Assembly: GCA_963822945.1 (NCBI GenBank)
Contig: CAWGJO010000004.1
Location: 105,821 to 169,820, forward strand
Length of the DNA stretch: 64,000 nt
Reading direction: 5' to 3'
Source: an uncultured Gemmatimonadaceae bacterium
Lineage (GTDB): Bacteria; Gemmatimonadota; Gemmatimonadetes; Gemmatimonadales; Gemmatimonadaceae
The translations under genes were made by a program, and so were the position numbers. Below are positions 41,591 to 51,201 of the stretch, piece after piece; within the stretch, counting starts at the first letter, position 1, and each line of letters opens with the position of its first letter. The notes below the pieces were generated by a model. That model made no database searches and was not told the DNA's origin. It saw nothing but the letters and a program-made list of their open reading frames with translations.

Positions 41591-42910
41591 GTGCGCTCGT
41601 TCGCCACCCCGCTCGCGCTCATTGCCGCTCTGTCCATCGCGTTCTCTCCCGCCGCCGCGCAGGAGACGGCGGACGGTGGGCCCGTCCCCATCTCGCTCGA
41701 TCAAGCCGTTCGCCAGGCGCAGGCGAATTCGCCGGAAACGGTGCAGGCGAAGGGGCTCTCGAGAGTAGCGAATGCCCAATACCGGGCGAGCCTGGCCAAC
41801 TTCCTTCCGAGTATTGGCTTCCAGCAGTACGCCGCGCATCTGCAAGGCGTGAGCTATCAGGGCGGTGTGCTCCTCCAGTCGTCCGGGCTCTGGAGCTACA
41901 GCCAGGGATACGGTGCCAACCTCATGCTGTTCGACGGCGGGCAGAACATCCTCGATTTCCGCGCCGCCAAGGCCTCGCTCGATGCCGCCGACCAGAATCA
42001 GATCATCAAGCGGTTTGCCATCGCGCTGAACGTGAAGCAGCAGTACTTCGCCGTGCTCGCCGCCCGCGAGGCAGTCGCCGCCGCCCAGCAGCAGCTCAAG
42101 GAGGCGAACGAGCAGATGGCGGTCACCGAGGCCAAGATCGCGGGCGGCGCGTTGTCGCGGGCCGATTCGCTCTCCAGTGCGGTCAAGGTGGGCGAGGCCC
42201 GGGTGGCGCTCGTCACGGCGCAGGGCAATGTCGTGGCGGCGAACACCGCGCTCACGCGGCTCGTCGGCGGCACGCGCGAGGTGACGGCCATCGAGTCGGA
42301 TACCACGCTGGTGCCCACGATCGGGCTCGACAGCGCCACGCTCGTCCGGCTCGCTCTGAACGGGCCCGCCGTTCAGCAGGCCGAGCATCAGGTGGCTGCC
42401 AACCACCTGAGCTGGTGGGCGTCGCTCTCGACCTACCTGCCCAGTCTGTCCGTGGGCTACACGAGCGGCAGCGGCTGGCAGACCCAGCACTTCATCCTGG
42501 GCGGCGGCACCAAGAACAGCAGCACGAGCCTTTCGTTCTACGTCAGCTACTCGCTCTTCAACGGTCTTCAGCGGGAAAGCCGCGTCGTCCAGGCGGACGT
42601 GAACAGCGACGACGCCCGGGCCCAACTCCGCGACGCCCGGCTCGCCGCCCGGGAGAACATCGCACAGTATCTGGCCCTGTTCGAGACCGCCACGACGAAG
42701 ATCGCGCTGCAGCGTCTGCAGATCGAATCGGCGACCGAGAGCGTCGCGGCCAAGGACGCGCAGTTCCGGGCGGGGGCCGTGGGGCTGGTGGACGTGCTGA
42801 CCGAGCAGACGGCGCTGGCGCAGGCGCGCCAGGCTCTCATTCAGGCGCGCCTCGACGCCCGCACCGCCAAGGCGCAGATCGAATCGATCATCGGCAAGGA
42901 CATCGAGTAG
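41591..42910 (+). CDS. TolC family outer-membrane protein (orphan)
   Basis: GGAGG RBS; signal ...AAA|Q; ISLDQAVRQA, FLPSI, LFDGG, YLPSL, LFNGL, QFRAGAVGLVDVL. Confidence 0.88.
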   Translation: MRSFATPLALIAALSIAFSPAAAQETADGGPVPISLDQAVRQAQANSPETVQAKGLSRVANAQYRASLANFLPSIGFQQYAAHLQGVSYQGGVLLQSSGLWSYSQGYGANLMLFDGGQNILDFRAAKASLDAADQNQIIKRFAIALNVKQQYFAVLAAREAVAAAQQQLKEANEQMAVTEAKIAGGALSRADSLSSAVKVGEARVALVTAQGNVVAANTALTRLVGGTREVTAIESDTTLVPTIGLDSATLVRLALNGPAVQQAEHQVAANHLSWWASLSTYLPSLSVGYTSGSGWQTQHFILGGGTKNSSTSLSFYVSYSLFNGLQRESRVVQADVNSDDARAQLRDARLAARENIAQYLALFETATTKIALQRLQIESATESVAAKDAQFRAGAVGLVDVLTEQTALAQARQALIQARLDARTAKAQIESIIGKDIE

Positions 42911-43097
42911 CGACGCCGGCCCGGCGCCGGGTCTCGAGCGCGCGGGTGCGGGAATCAGGGGGGCGTGCGGTCGCTTGACGCGTTCTGCGCCGCGGAGTAA
43001 TTCACCTCCGTTGCGCGCGGTCTCCCCCGCCGTCGCCAGCTTCCGCGAACCTCGGTCTTTCTCGTGACGCGTGCCCGGCACGCATCGGGAGTCCTCT

Positions 43098-46085
43098 GTG
43101 GCCAAGCAGCCTCCGAACGCCGACCCGGTCGGCCCTGAGCATCCGCGCGACCCCGAAGGGTCCGCCTCCTCGCACGACGCCAACTTCTCGCGGCGCGACT
43201 TCCTCATGCGGGCCGGCCGCTACGGCATCGCCGCCTCGCTGGCCGGCCCGTTCATCGGGACGTCGCTCTGGCCACGGGCCCTGCGCACCGCAGCGCGCCC
43301 GGCGCCCCTGGCGCCGCCCGAGGCGCTCCGCGACGGCATCCTCCACACGACCACGAGCGCGCCGGTGAATCCGTCGCTGTTCTCGGGGCTGAAGTGGCGC
43401 CTGCTCGGGCCCTTCCGCGGCGGACGCGTGGACGCCGTCACCGGCGTGCCCGGACGGCCCAACGAGTTCTACTTCGGCTCGGTGAACGGCGGTCTCTGGA
43501 AATCCATCGACGCGGGACGGGTCTGGGAGCCGGTCTTCGACGGACAGCCGGTGGCCTCCGTCGGCGCGGTGGCCGTGGCGCCCTCGGCGCCCGACACGGT
43601 GTACGTCGGCACCGGTGAGTGCACGCTGCGCGATTCCACCGGCTACGGCAACGGCGTCTACAAGTCCACGGACGGCGGCAAGTCGTGGACGCACCTCGGA
43701 CTCGAGGAAACGCAGCACATCGGCAAGATCGCCGTGCATCCGCACAATCCGAACATCGCGTACGTGGCGGCCATCGGGCACTTCTACGCCGGCAATCCCG
43801 ACCGCGGCATCTTCCGCACGAAGGACGGCGGCAAGACGTGGAAGAAGGTGCTGTTCAAGAACGACGACGTGGGCGCCATCGAAGTCCAGATCGATCCGAA
43901 GAACCCGAACGTCGTGTTCGCGGGGCTCTGGAACACGCGTCGCCCCCCCTGGTTCGTGTACGCGCCGAGCAACGGCCCGGGCGGCGGCATCTACAAGAGC
44001 ACCGACGGCGGCGACACGTGGAAGGAACTCACGAACGGGCTCCCCACCAAGGGCATGGGCAAAAGCGGCATCGCCATCTCGGCCAGCCACCCGAACCGCG
44101 TGTACGCGGCCATCGACAACCTGGAGCTGCCGCCGGGCGCGAAGCCGCCGGCCACCACCGGCGCGTACGGCGAGGGCGCCACGGGGCAGGGCGGGTTCTT
44201 CCGCTCCGACGACGGCGGCGAGCACTGGACCAAGATGTCCGACGACAGCATGCTCTGGGGACGGGGTTGGTACTTCGAGCACGTCGTCTGTGATCCCGTG
44301 AACCCCGATATCGTGTACGTGTCCAATGTGGTGGTCTCGCGCAGCGAGGACGGCGGCAAGACGTGGGTGGCCCTGCGCGGTTCGCCCGGCGGCGACGACT
44401 ACCATCAGGCGTGGGTCTCGCCGGACGAGCCGAACACGATGATCGTGGCCAGCGACCAGGGCTGCATCATCACCCGCAACGCCCGCACCAAGGATCCGCG
44501 GGAAGTTACCTGGAGTTCCTGGCTCAACCAGCCGACCGCGCAGATGTACCACATCTCGGTCGACTACCGGTTCCCCTACTGGGTGACCGGCGCCCAGCAG
44601 GACAGCGGCGCGGTGGCGGTGTGCATCCGCGGCCGGTTCGGCGAGATCTCCACGCGCGACTGGGAGCCCATCGGCGCGGGCGGCGAGAGTGGGTACACGG
44701 CCGGCGATCCGCTGCACCCGGGCATCATCTACGGCGGCACGGGCAGCCGGTTCGACCTGCCGCTCAACCACAGCGTGCCGGGCACCACGTCGCCGCAGGT
44801 GCCGGACGACGTGAAGGTGCGCACCGACTGGACGCAGCCGCTCGTGCTGTCGCCGGCCGATCCGCGGGCGCTCTATTACGCGAACCAGTACGTCTTCAAG
44901 TCGTCCGACATGGCCAAGACGTGGACGCGCATCAGCGATGACCTGACGCGGCCGAGTCCGGAGATCCCGCCCAACCTCGATGCCGCGTCGGCGGCCGACT
45001 TCGATCCCAACCGCGGACGCGGCGGCGTGGTGTATACCCTCGCCCCGTCGCCCCTGCTCGTGCCCATGCTCTGGGCCGGCACCGATGACGGGCTCATCAA
45101 GCTCACCCTCAACGACGGCAAGGACTGGAAGGACGTGACGCCGCCCGCGCTCACGCCGTGGAGCCGCGTGACGATGATCGAGGCGTCGCACTTCGATTTC
45201 AATACCGCGTACGCCAGTGTCGACCGCCACCAGCTGCAGGACTTCGATCCGTACATCTATCGGACCCGCGATCAGGGCAAGTCGTGGACGCGGATCTCGA
45301 CCGGGCTGCCGAAGGGGGTGTACGTGCACACCGTGCGCGAAGACCCGGAGCGGCAGGGCCTGTTGTTCGCCGGCACGGAGCGCGGCGCGTTCATCTCGTT
45401 CGACGACGGCGACCACTGGCAGCCGTTGCAGCTCAACCTGCCCGTCACGTCGGTGCGCGAGTTCCAGGTCTACTCGGGCGATCTGCTGGTGGGGACGCAT
45501 GGCCGCGGCATCTGGGCGGTCGACGACATCAGCTCCCTGAGGCAGATCAACGATGCGGTCGCGGCGTCGGAGGCCTACCTGTTCAAGCCGGCCGACGCCT
45601 ACAACTACATGCAGGGCAGCGACAACGGCACGCCATTGCAGAAGGACGAACCGCAGACTCCCAACCGCCCGGTTGGGGCGTTCATCGACTACTACCTCAA
45701 GTCCGATGCGTCCGGGCCGGTGACCATCGAGGTGTTGGACGAGGCCGGGAAGGTGCGGGCCACCTACGGCAATGGGGCCCCCGCCGCGGGCGCCGGAGGA
45801 CGGGGGGGGCGCGGCGGCGCCGGGGCGGGCGGCATTCCGCGCGTTTCGCCGCTCTGGCAGCCCACGCCCGAACCGTTCCAGACCTCCGCCGGCATGCACC
45901 GCGTGGTGTTCAGTCCCATCGCCGGCGGGCGGCGCGGCTTTGGTGGTGGGCGGCGCGGCCGCGGCGGGCCGCCGGGTCCGCCGCCGCAGATCACGGGCAC
46001 CTTTACGGCCCGCCTGACCGTAAACGGCAAGACGTACGAACAGACGTTCGACATGATGCCCGATCCCCGAGAGGCCGAGTTGTAG
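43098..46085 (+). CDS. Tat-exported BNR/Asp-box (VPS10/sortilin-like) repeat protein, putative glycosyl hydrolase
   Basis: SRRDFL Tat motif; WRLLGPFRGGR; repeated S/T-x-D-x-G-x-x-W boxes; NQPTAQMY; GAQQD. Start could be 43071. Confidence 0.85.
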   Translation: MAKQPPNADPVGPEHPRDPEGSASSHDANFSRRDFLMRAGRYGIAASLAGPFIGTSLWPRALRTAARPAPLAPPEALRDGILHTTTSAPVNPSLFSGLKWRLLGPFRGGRVDAVTGVPGRPNEFYFGSVNGGLWKSIDAGRVWEPVFDGQPVASVGAVAVAPSAPDTVYVGTGECTLRDSTGYGNGVYKSTDGGKSWTHLGLEETQHIGKIAVHPHNPNIAYVAAIGHFYAGNPDRGIFRTKDGGKTWKKVLFKNDDVGAIEVQIDPKNPNVVFAGLWNTRRPPWFVYAPSNGPGGGIYKSTDGGDTWKELTNGLPTKGMGKSGIAISASHPNRVYAAIDNLELPPGAKPPATTGAYGEGATGQGGFFRSDDGGEHWTKMSDDSMLWGRGWYFEHVVCDPVNPDIVYVSNVVVSRSEDGGKTWVALRGSPGGDDYHQAWVSPDEPNTMIVASDQGCIITRNARTKDPREVTWSSWLNQPTAQMYHISVDYRFPYWVTGAQQDSGAVAVCIRGRFGEISTRDWEPIGAGGESGYTAGDPLHPGIIYGGTGSRFDLPLNHSVPGTTSPQVPDDVKVRTDWTQPLVLSPADPRALYYANQYVFKSSDMAKTWTRISDDLTRPSPEIPPNLDAASAADFDPNRGRGGVVYTLAPSPLLVPMLWAGTDDGLIKLTLNDGKDWKDVTPPALTPWSRVTMIEASHFDFNTAYASVDRHQLQDFDPYIYRTRDQGKSWTRISTGLPKGVYVHTVREDPERQGLLFAGTERGAFISFDDGDHWQPLQLNLPVTSVREFQVYSGDLLVGTHGRGIWAVDDISSLRQINDAVAASEAYLFKPADAYNYMQGSDNGTPLQKDEPQTPNRPVGAFIDYYLKSDASGPVTIEVLDEAGKVRATYGNGAPAAGAGGRGGRGGAGAGGIPRVSPLWQPTPEPFQTSAGMHRVVFSPIAGGRRGFGGGRRGRGGPPGPPPQITGTFTARLTVNGKTYEQTFDMMPDPREAEL

Positions 46086-46120
46086 TACTCCCTCACCCCT
46101 CGGTCGACCCCCGACCCCTG

Positions 46121-46160
46121 ATGCCCGCGGGCGCGGCTACCAGCCGTGTCCCGCGGGCAT
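46121..46160 (+). terminator. Imperfect hairpin after the BNR-repeat gene
   Basis: ATGCCCGCGGG-CGCGGCT-acc-AGCCGTG-t-CCCGCGGGCAT. Confidence 0.5.
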
Positions 46161-46189
46161 TACGTTGGGAGGCAGGGGGAATTACTGCA

Positions 46190-46804
46190 TTGAAGATCAC
46201 GCGAAGAAATCGTGTCTGGCCGCTCGCCGTGATGATCGCGGCTGCCTGCGGCGGCCCGGCGCGCGACTCACAAGCTCTCCACGGCGCCAAGCTCCCCCAG
46301 CCGATCGCCCGCCCGGAGTTCACACTCACCGATACGCACGGCCAACCCTTCGATTTCCAGAAGGAGACGCGGGGCCAACTCACCCTGCTGGCGTTCGGCT
46401 ACACGCACTGCCCCGACGTCTGCCCGGTGCAGATGGCCAACATCGCCGCGGCCATGCGGCGACTCCCGAGAACCGACCAGCAGCGCATCCGCGTGGTGTT
46501 CATCACCACCGATCCGCCGCGCGACTCCGCGCAGCGCCTGCGCAGCTGGCTCGACAGCTTCAATCCGGCGTTCATCGGGTTGCGGGGCACCGAGGCCGAG
46601 ATCGTGAAAGCGGAGCACGCCGTCGGCGTCGCCCTGGCCACACGGCAGGCGAGCGCGCCCGGCGACACGAACTACACGGTGGGGCATGCGGCGCAGGTGT
46701 ACGCCTTCACGCCGGACGACAGCGCGCACCGCGCCTATCCCTTCGGCACGCTCCAGCAGGATTGGGCGCACGATCTTCCCGAACTGCTTCGCGGCGCTCG
46801 CTGA
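46190..46804 (+). CDS. SCO1/SenC family copper chaperone lipoprotein
   Basis: TTG start after a purine-rich RBS; AAAC lipobox; FGYTHCPDVCP (CxxxC), TTDPPRD, YTVGHAAQVY (His ligand). Confidence 0.9.
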   Translation: MKITRRNRVWPLAVMIAAACGGPARDSQALHGAKLPQPIARPEFTLTDTHGQPFDFQKETRGQLTLLAFGYTHCPDVCPVQMANIAAAMRRLPRTDQQRIRVVFITTDPPRDSAQRLRSWLDSFNPAFIGLRGTEAEIVKAEHAVGVALATRQASAPGDTNYTVGHAAQVYAFTPDDSAHRAYPFGTLQQDWAHDLPELLRGAR

Positions 46805-46831
46805 CCACCCGATTCCGGCGACAATCGATCC

Positions 46832-47644
46832 ATGGTGACCCAACCCGTACAGTGGTGGTGCTCGGCGCAGGGCGTGGCCTGGACGTGGAAATGGCGCCCC
46901 TATCCCGGCATCTGGCTCATGGCGCTCGGCATCGCCGGCGCGTACTGGGCAGCCGTCCGGGGCGGACCCGACACTCCCGCGGCGCGCCGCCGCCGGCTCA
47001 TCGGATGGATCGGCGTGGTCCTGGCGTGGGCCTCGCTCGACTGGCCGTTGGGGCCGCTCGCCGCCGGCTATCTGGCCAGCGCGCACGCCGTGCAGTTTCT
47101 CTCGCTCACCATGGTCGTCGCCCCGCTGATTCTGGTGGGCCTCGAGCCCGGGTTGGCATCGCGTCCGGCGCCCACCGGTGCCGCGTGGCGCGTGCTTCGC
47201 CTCGCCACCATGCCGCTGATGGCGGCGATCATCTTCAACGTGATCGCGGCCGCCACCCACGTGCCTGCGGTCGTCGACGGGCTCATGGTGTCGCAGTTCG
47301 GCTCGTTCGTGCTCGATCTGTCGTGGCTGGTGGCGGGGTTCGTGCTCTGGTGGCCGGTGGTGATGAGCGTGCCAGCGCGCGAGTTTCCCGTGCTCTTCAA
47401 GATCCTGTATCTGTTCCTGGCCACGCTGGTGCATTCGGGAATCGCGACGGTGATGCTGTTCGCCGAGTTCCCGATCTACAGTATCTATCAACTCGCGCCG
47501 CCCATGAACGGGCTCACGTCGCTGGACGATCTGCGCGTCGCCGGCGGGATCATGGAGATCGGCGGCCTGCTCATCACCTTCGGCGTGATGACCGGGCTGT
47601 TCTTTACCTGGGCCAACCGCACCACGACCCCCGACGGCAGTTAG
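46832..47644 (+). CDS. Cytochrome c oxidase assembly factor (Caa3_CtaG-like) membrane protein
   Basis: WASLDWPL, YLASAHAVQ, APLILVG, THVPA, LWWPV, LDDLRVAGGIM; multiple TM helices. Confidence 0.75.
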   Translation: MVTQPVQWWCSAQGVAWTWKWRPYPGIWLMALGIAGAYWAAVRGGPDTPAARRRRLIGWIGVVLAWASLDWPLGPLAAGYLASAHAVQFLSLTMVVAPLILVGLEPGLASRPAPTGAAWRVLRLATMPLMAAIIFNVIAAATHVPAVVDGLMVSQFGSFVLDLSWLVAGFVLWWPVVMSVPAREFPVLFKILYLFLATLVHSGIATVMLFAEFPIYSIYQLAPPMNGLTSLDDLRVAGGIMEIGGLLITFGVMTGLFFTWANRTTTPDGS

Positions 47645-47804
47645 GGCGCGCCGCGCCCGCTTACCGCGCCCCCTCCGGCGGGGAGAAAGTCCGACACGCC
47701 GTCCGGGACGGCCCGATGGGCGGTCGCGCGCGATGGCCGTATCCGTCCCTTAGTAGGGTCTCCCAAGCGAGATCTTCGTCTGCCCCCCAAGCACGGAGAT
47801 TCGG

Positions 47805-49061
47805 ATGCTTAACGTTTCGCGTATCGCCGGACTCGCCGCCGTCGCCATGCTCGCGATGCCGGAGTTGGCGACGGCCAAGAACATTCCCGCGTTCGCGCGG
47901 AAGTACGGCGTGAGTTGTTCCCTCTGCCATGCTCCGGTGCCGCGTCTCACGGCGTTCGGCGAGAAGTTCGCCGCCAACGGGTTCGAGATGCTTCCCGGGG
48001 AGCCGCCGCGGGATACGATCAACACCGGCGACCCTCTCCTGCGTCTGCAGAACACGCTTCCGCTGGCCATCCGCATGGACATGTATGCGGCGGCATATTC
48101 GCACACCAGGCCGGGGCAGAGTGCCGCGGATCTCCAGACGCCCTGGGTGATCAAGCTCCTCAGTGGTGGGCAGGTGGCGGACAAGATCAGCTACTACGCG
48201 TACTTCCTGCTCACCGAGCGCGGTGAGGTGGCGGGACTCGAGGACGCGTACGTCCAGTTCACCGACGTGGCCAATACGGGCGTGAGTGTCATCGTCGGCC
48301 AGTTCCAGGTGTCCGACCCGATCTTCAAGCGCGAACTCCGGTTGAGCTACGAGGATTACCAGCAATTCCGCGTGCGCGTGGGCGAGGCGTCGCCCGACCT
48401 GACCTACGATCGCGGGGTCATGGCCATGATGTCGCCCTGGGAAGGTGGAGACGTATCGGTGCAGTTGATCAATGGGCACGGGCTCAATACCGCCGACGTC
48501 AATCGCCAGTTCGACCGCAACACGCCGAAGAACGTGGTGCTGCGCCTCTCGCAGAAGTGGGGGCCGGTGCGCGTGGGCGGTCTCGGCTATCACGGCGACG
48601 AGCGCTCGAGCGGTTACACGAACACGATCGCCGTGTACGGCCCGGACGCCACCGTCGAGCTGGGCTCGATCGGCACGCTCAACGCGCAGTTCCTGCGCCG
48701 GCTCGACAGCGACCCGTTCTACGGGTCCTGCTCGTCGGCGGTGCCGTGCCCGGGCGACGTGACGACGCCGTACAGCACGACGGTGGACGCGGCATTCGCC
48801 GAGGCCACGTTCTGGCCGAACGGTCCCACCAGCCGGCTGTACTTCACGTCGAGCTACAACTGGGTGTATTCCAGCCGCCCCGTGATCTCGCTGCGCCTGG
48901 GCGAGCAGGCCTCGGCGCCCGGCTACATGTCCAAGTACAACGCGGTGAGCGGCGGCGCGCACTACTGGTTCCGGCGGAACGTGCGGCTGATGGGGGAACT
49001 GGGTTACGACTTCCAGCGCGAGCAGGGGCGACTCATCGCCGGCACCGTACTCGCGTTCTGA
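47805..49061 (+). CDS. cyc2: Cyc2-like fused monoheme cytochrome c / outer-membrane beta-barrel
   Basis: Signal peptide, then IPAFARKY-GVS-CSLCH-APV-PRLTAFGEKFAANGF, followed by ~330 aa of amphipathic beta-strands ending in Phe. Confidence 0.75.
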   Translation: MLNVSRIAGLAAVAMLAMPELATAKNIPAFARKYGVSCSLCHAPVPRLTAFGEKFAANGFEMLPGEPPRDTINTGDPLLRLQNTLPLAIRMDMYAAAYSHTRPGQSAADLQTPWVIKLLSGGQVADKISYYAYFLLTERGEVAGLEDAYVQFTDVANTGVSVIVGQFQVSDPIFKRELRLSYEDYQQFRVRVGEASPDLTYDRGVMAMMSPWEGGDVSVQLINGHGLNTADVNRQFDRNTPKNVVLRLSQKWGPVRVGGLGYHGDERSSGYTNTIAVYGPDATVELGSIGTLNAQFLRRLDSDPFYGSCSSAVPCPGDVTTPYSTTVDAAFAEATFWPNGPTSRLYFTSSYNWVYSSRPVISLRLGEQASAPGYMSKYNAVSGGAHYWFRRNVRLMGELGYDFQREQGRLIAGTVLAF

Positions 49062-49076
49062 CGGAGGAGGTGTGAG

Positions 49077-49502
49077 ATGAAACGCTGGACGTTCGCGTTC
49101 GCGGCGCTGCTGGCCGTGCTGGTGCTCGGGGCAACGGACCTCCGGAACGCCCATCCCGCGGCGGCGGTACCTGCCGCCGCCGCGGGGGACACGGCGTTGT
49201 CTCCGGCCATGATTGCGCTGGGCGACAGCATCTTCCACGGGCGCGTCGGCGGTGGCATCTGCTTCACCTGTCATGGACCGACCGGAAAGGGCATGCCGGG
49301 GTTGGCCCCCGATCTGACCGACGCGACGTGGCTGCACGGCGACGGGAGTTACGACTTCATCGTGAAGCTCGTGACCACCGGCGTGCCCAAGCCCAAGGGC
49401 GTGGTGGCGGCTCCGATGCTGCCGAAGGGCGGGGCGAAGCTGACGCCGCATCAGGTGCAGGCCGTGGCGGCCTACGTCTACTCGCTGCGGAACGCGAAGT
49501 AG
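49077..49502 (+). CDS. Periplasmic monoheme c-type cytochrome
   Basis: GGAGGAGG RBS; signal peptide; CFTCHG, LAPDLTD..WLHG, distal Met in PMLPKGG. Confidence 0.92.
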   Translation: MKRWTFAFAALLAVLVLGATDLRNAHPAAAVPAAAAGDTALSPAMIALGDSIFHGRVGGGICFTCHGPTGKGMPGLAPDLTDATWLHGDGSYDFIVKLVTTGVPKPKGVVAAPMLPKGGAKLTPHQVQAVAAYVYSLRNAK

Positions 49503-49863
49503 GCACACTGCCGTGAGCGAATCGCGCCGGCGCCACGATCGAGCGTGGCGCCGGCCTTCCGTGCGACCACGGGGAATGCCTGACACGACGTACGGCGAGT
49601 CCCGATGGGCCCGCGCGTGCGCCACGCATATCCGTCATCCAATGCGTTCGGGAGGTCGCCAATGGCGACGGGCGACCTGCGGGCGCGGCGTTCCCACTCT
49701 GCCGCGCACGCCTTCTCCGCGTTCGTGTATTCACTGAGCGACTCCGTTCGGTAGCCGCGCCGCATCGGGCGCCGGAGCGCGGGGGCGGCGTTGCCAGTCG
49801 CCGGTCGCGCGTCGATATTGCGATGACGTCGTTCGCGGCACGCACTTGGGGCCGGAGGGTCTC

Positions 49864-51201
49864 GTGGATCCTGTATTCTGGCATCGATTCCAATTCGCCT
49901 TCACGGCGACGTTTCACTATCTGTTCCCGCAGCTGACGATGGGGCTGGCGCTGCTCATCCTCGTGATGAAGTCGCTCGGCCTCCGTCCGGGCGGAGAGCG
50001 CTGGAACACGGCGGCGCGCTTCTGGATCCGCATCTTCGGGATCAACTTCGCCGTCGGCGTGGTGACGGGCATCCCGATGGAGTTCCAGTTCGGAACGAAC
50101 TGGGCCGGCTTCTCCGCCTACGCCGGCAGTGTCATCGGCAATACGCTCGGCATGGAAGGGCTGTTCGCGTTCTTCCTGGAGTCGAGCTTCCTGGCGCTCC
50201 TCGTCTGGGGCGAGGGCCGGGTCGGTCGCATCGGTCACTGGCTCGCCTCGCTGGCGCTGTTCGTCGGCAGTTGGCTGTCGGGTTATTTCATCGTCGCCAC
50301 CAACGCGTTCATGCAGCATCCCGTGGGGGCCCAGCTCGCGGCCAACGGGACCCTGCAGATCGACGGCTTCTGGCGCTTCGTGCTGAATCCCTGGGCCGTG
50401 CTCCAGTACCTGCATACGATGGACGCCAGCGTGGTCACCGCCGCGTTCGTCGTCGCCGCCGTCGGGGCGTACTACATGCTCCGCGGTATCCACACCGAGT
50501 CGGCCCGCGACTTCCTGAAGATCGGCGTGATCGCGGGGCTGGTGGCGAGCGTGATCGTCGCCTTTCCCACCGGCGACCGGGAGGCGAAGGCGGTGGCCCG
50601 GTGGCAACCGGTCTCGCTGGCCGCCATGGAGGGCCGGTTCGAGAGCGGTCCCTACGCCGCGATCACGCTCATCGGCCAGCCCGACGTGCAGGAACGCCGG
50701 CTGGACAACCCGATCCAGGTGGGCGGCATCCTGAGCGTGCTGGCGTTCGGAGCCTGGCACAGCAATGTGCCGGGCCTCAGCGCCTTCCCCACCGATCAGT
50801 GGCCCACCAACATCGAGCTGCTGTACTACGCGTTCCACATCATGGTCGGGCTCGGCACGCTGTTCATTCTGCTCATGGCCGCGTCGACCCTGCGCCTCGC
50901 ACGGGGGAAGCTGCACGACACGCGATGGCTGCTGTGGATGCTGATGCTCGCCTTTCCCTTTCCCTACATCGCCAACACGGCCGGCTGGCTGACCGCCGAA
51001 CTGGGGCGGCAGCCGTGGCTGGTATTCGGGATGCTGCGCACCGACGCCGGCGCGAGTCCGATGGTGCATTCGGGTACGGTGCTGTTCACCACCATCGGCT
51101 TCGCGGGGCTGTATCTCGTGCTCGGCCTGCTCTTCTTCTTCCTGATCGCGCGCGAGATCGCGCACGGGCCGCAGCCGGCGGCGGAGGCGTCCCATGTTTG
51201 A
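49864..51201 (+). CDS. cydA: Cytochrome bd ubiquinol oxidase subunit I
   Basis: RFQFAFTATFHYLF, GIPMEFQFGTNW, FFLES, NAFMQHP, FHIMVGLG, GWLTAELGRQPW; short Q-loop. Confidence 0.96.
   Translation: MDPVFWHRFQFAFTATFHYLFPQLTMGLALLILVMKSLGLRPGGERWNTAARFWIRIFGINFAVGVVTGIPMEFQFGTNWAGFSAYAGSVIGNTLGMEGLFAFFLESSFLALLVWGEGRVGRIGHWLASLALFVGSWLSGYFIVATNAFMQHPVGAQLAANGTLQIDGFWRFVLNPWAVLQYLHTMDASVVTAAFVVAAVGAYYMLRGIHTESARDFLKIGVIAGLVASVIVAFPTGDREAKAVARWQPVSLAAMEGRFESGPYAAITLIGQPDVQERRLDNPIQVGGILSVLAFGAWHSNVPGLSAFPTDQWPTNIELLYYAFHIMVGLGTLFILLMAASTLRLARGKLHDTRWLLWMLMLAFPFPYIANTAGWLTAELGRQPWLVFGMLRTDAGASPMVHSGTVLFTTIGFAGLYLVLGLLFFFLIAREIAHGPQPAAEASHV

Noticed and set aside
49503..49863. Possible small gene or FNR box between cytochrome c and cydA
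   Set aside because: The short ORFs lack coding features and RBS, and no TTGAT-N4-ATCAA-like site was found.
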